From: Fimbriimonadales bacterium
GTDB taxonomy: Bacteria > Armatimonadota > Fimbriimonadia > Fimbriimonadales > ATM1
Assembly: GCA_051003155.1 (NCBI GenBank)
Contig: JBPCLO010000031.1
Location: 96,001-160,000, forward strand
DNA length: 64,000 bases
Direction of reading: 5' to 3'
Below the pieces are notes generated by a model, which was not told where the DNA came from, did no database searches, and saw only the letters and a program-made list of their open reading frames with translations. Position 1 is the first letter of the stretch. Each line of letters begins with the position of its first letter. A program made the position numbers and the translations under genes. Shown here in pieces: positions 57,176-64,000 of this stretch.

Positions 57176-57850
57176 CTAGTCGCGTCTGCGCTTGCGGTAA
57201 GCAAGCAATCCGAGGCCGGCGAGCGTTGCTAGGAGCGTCGCGGGTTCGGGGATATTGTCGTTGCCAAACCCAAGGGAAAAGTCCCACGTGCCCTTCCCGA
57301 GCCATTTGGAGGTGGGATCGAAGGTCGCGCCGAGGGATTCGCTGTCGTAAAACGAGTTTCCGTCGCCGATCGGAGAGCCGATGCTGTTTGCTCCAGAGGT
57401 TGTGGACAGGTAAAAATGGCCCGTTCCGTCGCCCACCGGAGCGACCGCGAGCCAATGATGTCCCGGCTTAAGGTCTATGTGTGTTATGTCCCCGCGCACT
57501 TCCCATTCCAACAGTCCAAATCCGCCCCTGCCCGTGAGCACGGTGGTCGAGGCCACCGTTCCCGAGTACAAGAGCTCGCCTCCGTTCCCTGGCCCAACGT
57601 TCTGGCGGAACTCGTAATAGAGTTGAGTCGGAAGCGGACCATCGACCAGGAAGTTGCCGAACAGCCAATCGACGTCGAATCCCGTACCCGTGACAAGGAA
57701 GTTATCGTAAACGCGGGCATCCTCGATGGCCGTGTTCTTGCCCGATTCGAGGAAACCCCTGCCGTCGAAGTCTCCGCCGTACCATAAGGGTGTCTGAGTA
57801 AACGCACGCGGAGTGATTGCAATTAGCAAGATGACTAAAGGGACTTTCAT
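57176..57850 (-). CDS. PEP-CTERM protein, paralogue of 22694-23341
   Basis: WYGGDFDGR, GNSFYDS, WDFS and IPEPAT-TM-RKRR. Confidence 0.9.
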   Translation of the reverse strand: MKVPLVILLIAITPRAFTQTPLWYGGDFDGRGFLESGKNTAIEDARVYDNFLVTGTGFDVDWLFGNFLVDGPLPTQLYYEFRQNVGPGNGGELLYSGTVASTTVLTGRGGFGLLEWEVRGDITHIDLKPGHHWLAVAPVGDGTGHFYLSTTSGANSIGSPIGDGNSFYDSESLGATFDPTSKWLGKGTWDFSLGFGNDNIPEPATLLATLAGLGLLAYRKRRRD

Positions 57851-57881
57851 TCTCTTCTCCTATGAGGGTTAATTGTAGGTC

Positions 57882-59068
57882 TCAATTTCTCGTGATGGTC
57901 CACGTGGCCTGGTTGATCTCGACTTTCCATGTGTTAGCTGTCGCGTCGATCTCGTACCAGCCGACCCGTGCTTTGACCTCCTCTGTGAGCGGCTTAACGA
58001 AGCGCTTGTCGTTCGTTCCGGGCGCCTCGACGGTTACGGTCGTGTCGGTTGCAGAAGGAGTCGTGGTTGAAACCCACACCCAAGCGCCCGCCCCGGCGTT
58101 CGCTTCCCAATCCCACAATTCGATCCTCTGCTCCAGATGCGCTACCGGAATTGCGTCGGTGCGGCTTTGGATGATGAATGTCAGATTTGCGACGTCGTCT
58201 TTGAGGTGTGGCGCGTAGCCTATGAATTCGATCTGAACGCTGGGTCCGCCCAAGCTAACGGGTGGCCGCGACTCGACGGAGGCCCGGTCGGAATCGGAGT
58301 AATAGACGTTCTGCGGATTAATAAAGCTTGCGTAGCCTTGGGTAACCGAATAGGCATGGCATAGCGTGAACCCGGTGCTGAAACCTAGAATCCAAAGCTG
58401 GGCCGTGCTCACGCGAGCGGCGATTGAATGATCGCCACTCCCGAATGGATAATTCGAGTTACCTGTCGGAACACCAACTAACGTTATCGTGTCGGCGAAC
58501 GTGGCGAAGATCCCGCCTCCCGAATCTCCCGGAGCAACAATTGAATAAAGCGGGTACTGCCCGCCATCGAAAGGCAACTCCATTACCTGCTGGCCTACAG
58601 TGCCGATAACGGCATCCCCTTTGCGTCGCGTTCCATAGCTTCCGGGAGCCGTATACCATTTACCGTTCACGTTATAAAACCCGCTGAGCCCATAGCCGAC
58701 CATTGTCGTCAGCATATTGGCCTCTGAGTTCCCTGTATATATGGAATAGAATTCGCCTGCGGGAAACGCCTGATCTACTTCTATAACTGCAAGATCGAAT
58801 CCGCCTGTCAAAGTCGGCCACCTGCGTACGTTCACCGAAGTGTATTCCCCGGTGCCGATCATGGCTTGAAAGTTCGAATCGCCGCCTGTGCCGACGCCTA
58901 CGTTGTGCCGTGCTGTCAATATGTATCGGCTGCCAATTGCTACACAACTGGTGTCGTAATCGCCGCTAACGGGGCCAAACTTGCGACGTATGAATAGCCC
59001 GTGGTCACCACTCCAGGAACGATTGGCTGGGGGAGCGCGAGGGCTAAGAGGGAAAGTGTAGCAAGCAT
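57882..59068 (-). CDS. Secreted trypsin-like serine protease (frameshift at about 58982)
   Basis: Signal MLATLSLLALALPQP-IVPG; ILTARH, DLAVI and GDSGG. Confidence 0.8.
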
Positions 59069-59179
59069 CTCAAAAGTCAGTATGGCACGCTGGCCCAAGA
59101 CAATGCCCCAATGCCGATGCTCGATGAAGCGGTCGCACTGGGCGGGCTGCTGCGGGTTTGAAGAAGAGCTTCACGCTTT

Positions 59180-59347
59180 GGTTATGGAGCTCTTCTTCAC
59201 AGTTATAGAGCTCGTCTTCAAGGGCGCAAGGCCCTTCTTCAAGATTATGGACCTCTTCTTCATGGTTATGGACCTCGTCTTCGATCCCGTGACGCGAGTC
59301 TTCAAGGTTATGGAGCGTGTCTTCGATGGCGCGGGCAGCTTCGTCGA
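59180..59347. repeat. Degenerate 21-bp tandem repeat, 8 units
   Basis: Consensus approximately GGTTATGGASCTCKTCTTCRA. Confidence 0.85.
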
Positions 59348-59395
59348 TTCCGGGTGCTATGCTGATGATTTCGCGCCCCTTCAGGAGGGAGACAC

Positions 59396-60355
59396 ATGCC
59401 TTTTAGCGGACCCAGCAGCTATCTTGAGACCATCGACGAGTTCATCGGACATTGGACCGATGTAAACCTTGCCTTGGGCATCAATCCATTAGTCCTGCCC
59501 GGGCCGTACAATTTCGCCAGCCTGCAAGCCGACCGAACGTCGCTATCTAACGAGATAACGGCGCTGATCACGGCCATCAACGATGTCGAGGGCCACCGCA
59601 CGGATCGCGATAACCGGAAAGAAGCCATCCGCGAGAGGATGCGACAACTGGGCGCTTTCATCCGAGGCGTGCTCGCGGGCTCTTCTTATGTGGGCCGCGT
59701 TCCCGATCTGATCGACGCGACCTCCAACCCGGGCAAGTGGCTGATCGCGATGCGGGACCACAAGGACATCTGGACCGACATCAATGCCGCGCCGCCACCG
59801 GGCTTCGCAGGCCCGGTGATTCTCACCGGGGGATACACGCTCGCGCTTTTCACGACCCGACACCGGGAACCTCGAAACGACCTTCCAGAGCCTGACCCGG
59901 GGGGAGCAGGACGTGGACCGCGAGGTGCAGGAGCGCGACGCGCTTTACCAGACGATCCGCGGGCAGCTCGTGCTCTACCGGGAGGCCGTGCCGGGGCGAT
60001 TCCCTTCCGACCATCCGCTCGTCCTCTCGCTTCCGCACCTGACCCCGCTTCCGGGGCACACGCCCGACCCGGTCGTGCTTTCTGGGGTTTGGAACGTCGG
60101 CACGTCGATGGCGGATTTGTCGTGGACGGCGTCCGTCGATCCCGATCTGGAGGAGTACGAAGTTCGCCGTTCGGGCGAGACGCCCTACAACGGCAACACG
60201 GAGATCGTGGTCGAATCGCTCCCGCCTGGCACGCTCGCGCTCTCGACGAACGAGGGCCTCGGCGTCCCCGGCTCGACGATGGGCTTCAGGTGTACGTGAA
60301 GCTGACAACCGGGAACGAGGCGGGCAGCAACGCCGTCACGATCTCGCGGCCTTAG
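59396..60355 (+). CDS. Two-helical-repeat plus FN3-like protein (compensating frameshifts at about 59857 and 60288)
   Basis: Repeat 1 HWTDVN..PLVL, repeat 2 IWTDIN..PVIL; middle frame LSWTASVDPDLEEYEV; end GNEAGSNAVTISRP. Confidence 0.75.
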   Translation: MPFSGPSSYLETIDEFIGHWTDVNLALGINPLVLPGPYNFASLQADRTSLSNEITALITAINDVEGHRTDRDNRKEAIRERMRQLGAFIRGVLAGSSYVGRVPDLIDATSNPGKWLIAMRDHKDIWTDINAAPPPGFAGPVILTGGYTLALFTTRHREPRNDLPEPDPGGAGRGPRGAGARRALPDDPRAARALPGGRAGAIPFRPSARPLASAPDPASGAHARPGRAFWGLERRHVDGGFVVDGVRRSRSGGVRSSPFGRDALQRQHGDRGRIAPAWHARALDERGPRRPRLDDGLQVYVKLTTGNEAGSNAVTISRP

Positions 60356-60389
60356 CTACGGCGGGCGGGTGCCGGTGCTAAAGGTATAG

Positions 60390-60869
60390 CTAGGTCCACT
60401 CTTCTGGATTGTCGCCTCGCATCCAGAGATAAACGATGAGCTGGCCGGTGTGGTACCACTCGTGCGCCGAGGCGTTGCGCAGCATCTCGCTTCTGGGACA
60501 TTCCGGCAGGCGCAGGGCTTCCCACCAAGGCTCGGGAAGGGACTCCAGTTCTTCGAGCTGCGCGTCGTCGATCGACTCCAGATACGCGAGCGTGTCGGCG
60601 CGGGTCGACTCCAGCCCCGCCTTCATCTCCTCCAGAGTGGCCGTTTCTGCGCTGAACGGATCGGGCTCGTCGTCGGGCCACTCGCCGTTGTGGAGCCAGC
60701 CGACGATCTCGCGGTCCTTGTTCGCGATCTCCAGGAGCAGGCCGCCAACAGTCTTCATACTCCCCGCGGGCGCCCACTGCAGGTCCGCATCGGTGAGGTG
60801 CGCCAGGACCTGATTCAGGTCTTGCCGCGTCATTGCCAGCCGAGCAATTATGAATTCGCGAGAAGCCAT
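60390..60869 (-). CDS. DinB family protein
   Basis: WAP, HEWYHTGQL and GDNP. Confidence 0.88.
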   Translation of the reverse strand: MASREFIIARLAMTRQDLNQVLAHLTDADLQWAPAGSMKTVGGLLLEIANKDREIVGWLHNGEWPDDEPDPFSAETATLEEMKAGLESTRADTLAYLESIDDAQLEELESLPEPWWEALRLPECPRSEMLRNASAHEWYHTGQLIVYLWMRGDNPEEWT

Positions 60870-61002
60870 GAAATCAGTTTGGCATGGCACCAAGCAGCAA
60901 CGGGATAGGACCTCTACTGAGGCGTCATCATGTCACATTTCCTGGGTCGTACGTGTCGTGATGACGACATTCGGTTGAAACGCGCTCGGAAAGAAGACGA
61001 AC

Positions 61003-61494
61003 TTACTGCCCGCCGTGCTCTTCCAGCTCTGCGACGATCATTTCGGCATGGAACGGGTCGGGGTCACTCTTCAGCAGCGATTCGTACTTGCGCATCGTCG
61101 CCTCCTCCTCCACTTGCTCCTCGATGAACCATTGCAAGAACTGGAACGACGTGAAATCCTTCTCGTCGAGCGCCATTTGCGCCATCGCCTGGAACTGCTT
61201 GGTCACCTGCTGCTCGTTTTTGAGCGCGGACTGAATAACCGCCATGGCGGAGGCGTAAGTAATCGGCGCCTCGGCGACCGCGGGGATTGTGAAGGCGGCG
61301 TCCACATCGACGAGAAATTGGATGATCTTCATCGCGTGGCCCCGCTCCTCGACCGACTGCTTGTGGAAAATGTCGGCCCATTTCTCGAGGTCCTGCAGGC
61401 CAAAGTACGCGGCCATCCCCAGGTATATCTGGCTGGCGCCGAGTTCGTGGCCGACCTGCTCCTTTAGAGCTTTTGCGAGCTTCTTGCTGATCAT
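61003..61494 (-). CDS. Non-heme ferritin
   Basis: EERGHAMK and FLQWFIEEQVEEE ferroxidase motifs. Confidence 0.93.
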   Translation of the reverse strand: MISKKLAKALKEQVGHELGASQIYLGMAAYFGLQDLEKWADIFHKQSVEERGHAMKIIQFLVDVDAAFTIPAVAEAPITYASAMAVIQSALKNEQQVTKQFQAMAQMALDEKDFTSFQFLQWFIEEQVEEEATMRKYESLLKSDPDPFHAEMIVAELEEHGGQ

Positions 61495-61562
61495 GCCTTC
61501 ATCTTACTCCGTTGGCGGGCGCTTTGGAATCGCCGGGGTCCGGACACCGTATTATATGGATT

Positions 61563-62255
61563 GTGAAAGGGATACTTGCACTCGCCATTGCCTTGTTACG
61601 GCATCGCGATCTCGGACTTTACCGAGACGTACGACAACGGAAGCAACGTCGGCGGTTGGAGCTTCGGCCCGCTCGGTACGATCCTCCCCGATGGCGGAAA
61701 CCCGTCTTGATACCACCACATCGACGGACTGGACACGGCCGCGCCTTGGGGACGAACTGAGTTTGGAGCCGACTCGGTCTTTACGGGCGATTATCGTGCG
61801 GCAGGCGTTCTTGGAGTTTCCGTGGATTTCAAACTGTTCCACGTCGACTTCTCAGCCGAGGAGAGGCCGCTCACCTTGACGCTATTTGAAGTTAACGGTC
61901 CCCCGATAACTTCAGCGACGTTTGGACGGCCCACTACAAACATTCGGAGAACGTGCCGCTCCTGGGGGAGGGATGGAAGTCGCTTTCCTTCAACATCGAT
62001 TCCTCGTCGAATACGCTTCCGACCGGCTGGCTGACCATCGCCCTGGGCCCTAATTCGCCGCAAAACCCAGACTGGAACGACGTGATCACCGATGTGGATC
62101 AACTCGGCTACTCCAGGGGCGACCCCGAGTTCTTCTTCATCTTCCAAATGTGGGAGATCGGGATGGACAACAACGGCATCCAGATGGTACCGGAACCGCT
62201 GCCGGCTATCGGGCTCGGCTTGGGAATTGCGCTTCTGATTCGCCGTCGGCGCTAA
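61563..62255 (+). pseudogene. PEP-CTERM gene with several frameshifts and a stop
   Basis: MKGILALAIAL.., GGWSFG, DGGNP, FTGDYRAAGV and ..VPEPLP-TM-RRRR are spread over three frames. Confidence 0.75.
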
Positions 62256-64000
62256 GCGCGGCGGACGTGGCCCACGAGCAGAGCGACATCCGTGGGGCGA
62301 ACGCCGGGGATTCGCGATGCCTGGCCGATCGTTTCGGGTCTGACGCGGCTGAACTTTTCTTTGGACTCATAGCTTAGGCCCTTGATTCCTTCGAAATCGA
62401 ATCCTGCTGGGATGGCGAGCTTATCGAGGCGCGAGAGTTTGTCCACTTGCTCTTGTTGGCGCGAGAGGTAGCCGCCGTACTTGGCGCGGATTTCCACTTG
62501 CTCGCGGGCCTCGCCGGCTGTAGCGGGTTCAGCTCTGTCGCCGAGATAGAGGGCGATTTCTTCGGCTAGCCGGAGGTCGACGTCCGGCCGCTTCATCAGA
62601 TCGAGAAGCGAAGTCCTTGTCTTGACGGGCGCGGTACCGAGGCCGATCAGCTTCTCGTTATGTGACTCGTTGACGGCGATGCCCGTGAGGCGCGATTCGA
62701 TCGATTCGATTTGCTCCGCCTTGGCTCGGTAACGACACCACCGCTCGTCGCTAACCAAGCCGATATCTCGGCCCAGGGGCGTGAGCCGAGCATCCGCGTT
62801 GTCGTTTCGTAGAAGGAGGCGGTATTCGCTCCGGGCGGTGAGCATGCGGTAGGGGTCGTCGACGCCTTTGGTCACCAAGTCGTCGATCATGACGCCGAGG
62901 AACGCCTGGTCTCGGCCGATCACCAAGTCGGGTTCTCCTTGCGCACGCCGAGCCGCATTGATGCCTGCGACGATTCCTTGCGCGGCGGCTTCCTCGTAGC
63001 CGCTCGTTCCATTGACTTGACCGGCGAGGAACAGCCCTTCGCAGAGATTGCTCTCTAGTGTCAGCTTCAGCTGGATCGGATCGGCCATGTCGTACTCGAC
63101 GGCATATCCAGGGCGCAACATCTCGACGTTCTCGAGACCCTTCATCGTCTTTAGAAAGGCCAACTGAACATCGGCGGGAAGGCTCGTGCTCGTGCCCTGG
63201 ACATACACCGAATCGCTGTCCCACTCTTCGATTTCGAGGAAAACTGGATGGGAGTCCTTGTCCTTGAAGCGTATAACTTTATCCTCGATACTTGGACAAT
63301 ATCGGGGTCCTACGCCTTCGATTTGTTTGCCGTAGACTGCGCTTAGGTGGATGTTGTCGCCGATGACCTGGTGCGTCTTCTCGTTTGTGCGCGTTTCGTA
63401 GCAATCGAACATGACGCGCTTAGGCATGACCCGGTCGTGCAGGAAGCTGAAGGGACCTGCCCGTGGTTCGCACTTTTGAATCGAAACGCGATTGAGATCG
63501 ATGCTCGACATGCTGATGCGCGGGGTTGTGCCGGTCTTGAATCGTCGCATTCGGACGCCTACGGTCTGCAAGAATGCGCTGAGCCCCGCTACGGCTGGAT
63601 CGCCATGGCGGGCGGACATGGTCTTTTGCAAACCCTGGTGGCACATTCCGTTGAGGAAGGTTCCGGTGGTCATCACGACCGCCTTGGCGCCGATTTCCGA
63701 GCCGTTGGCGAGGCGCACACCCACGACGCGGCCGCCTTCCGTTAGGACAGTCTCGACCGAAGCCTCGATGAGCGCGAGTCCTTGCTGATCGCGCAGAGTC
63801 GCTTGCATGACTTTCGGATAAAGCGATTTACAGGCATGGGCTCGGAACGTTTGGACCGCAGGCCCTTTGCCGGTGCCGACTACTCGGATGTGCGTGAGCG
63901 CGTGGTCGGTAGTGACCGCCATCTGTCCCCCCAGTGCGTCCACTTCCCTGGCGAGGTGGCCCTTGGCTGGGCCGCCGATGCTGCAGTTGCACGGCATGTG
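62252..64000 (-). CDS. mnmG: tRNA uridine-5-carboxymethylaminomethyl modification enzyme, 5'-truncated by the window edge
   Basis: [26 protein letters not shown] and [16 protein letters not shown]. Confidence 0.97.
   Translation of the reverse strand, partial: HMPCNCSIGGPAKGHLAREVDALGGQMAVTTDHALTHIRVVGTGKGPAVQTFRAHACKSLYPKVMQATLRDQQGLALIEASVETVLTEGGRVVGVRLANGSEIGAKAVVMTTGTFLNGMCHQGLQKTMSARHGDPAVAGLSAFLQTVGVRMRRFKTGTTPRISMSSIDLNRVSIQKCEPRAGPFSFLHDRVMPKRVMFDCYETRTNEKTHQVIGDNIHLSAVYGKQIEGVGPRYCPSIEDKVIRFKDKDSHPVFLEIEEWDSDSVYVQGTSTSLPADVQLAFLKTMKGLENVEMLRPGYAVEYDMADPIQLKLTLESNLCEGLFLAGQVNGTSGYEEAAAQGIVAGINAARRAQGEPDLVIGRDQAFLGVMIDDLVTKGVDDPYRMLTARSEYRLLLRNDNADARLTPLGRDIGLVSDERWCRYRAKAEQIESIESRLTGIAVNESHNEKLIGLGTAPVKTRTSLLDLMKRPDVDLRLAEEIALYLGDRAEPATAGEAREQVEIRAKYGGYLSRQQEQVDKLSRLDKLAIPAGFDFEGIKGLSYESKEKFSRVRPETIGQASRIPGVRPTDVALLVGHVRRA

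Noticed and set aside
59001..59465. 154-aa plus-strand ORF across the 21-bp array
   Set aside because: Openness is explained by the repeat; no RBS, and it overlaps the starts of both neighbouring genes

Overview
GC-rich bacterial chromosomal segment. Four PEP-CTERM genes, H-X9-DG prepilin-like genes and lineage-type secreted proteins suggest Armatimonadota (Fimbriimonadales-like), which is an inference. Housekeeping blocks are rnj; acs-coaD-coiled coil-yceD-plsX-fabH-AI-2E; nadA-methyltransferase; accD-accA; trpD-trpC-trpF-tgt; rodA; rnc, an aminotransferase, plsC and tyrS; P-II; ferritin; mnmG; tRNA-Gly(GCC) and tRNA-Ala(CGC). They alternate with accessory blocks: an IS110 remnant, two tandem RAYT transposases with REP-like inverted repeats, a heavy-metal RND cluster, pilins and several secreted proteins, many frameshifted. 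The top observations are (1) a 44-nt single-domain RNA resembling a miniature nadA-motif (NAD+-I) riboswitch abutting the nadA Shine-Dalgarno; (2) a transglutaminase-coiled coil-DcaP-like porin fusion, preceded by a ~95-bp promoter/RBS cassette duplicated upstream of the neighbouring gene but read in another frame; (3) an RND adaptor built like a two-part polyprotein with a repeated GHMHGPDGRHIVAP motif; (4) two unrelated 21-bp-period arrays; (5) a P-II lacking the usual 2-oxoglutarate residues; and (6) widespread leaderless-type starts. All calls come from manual reading and motif recall. No database searches were run.
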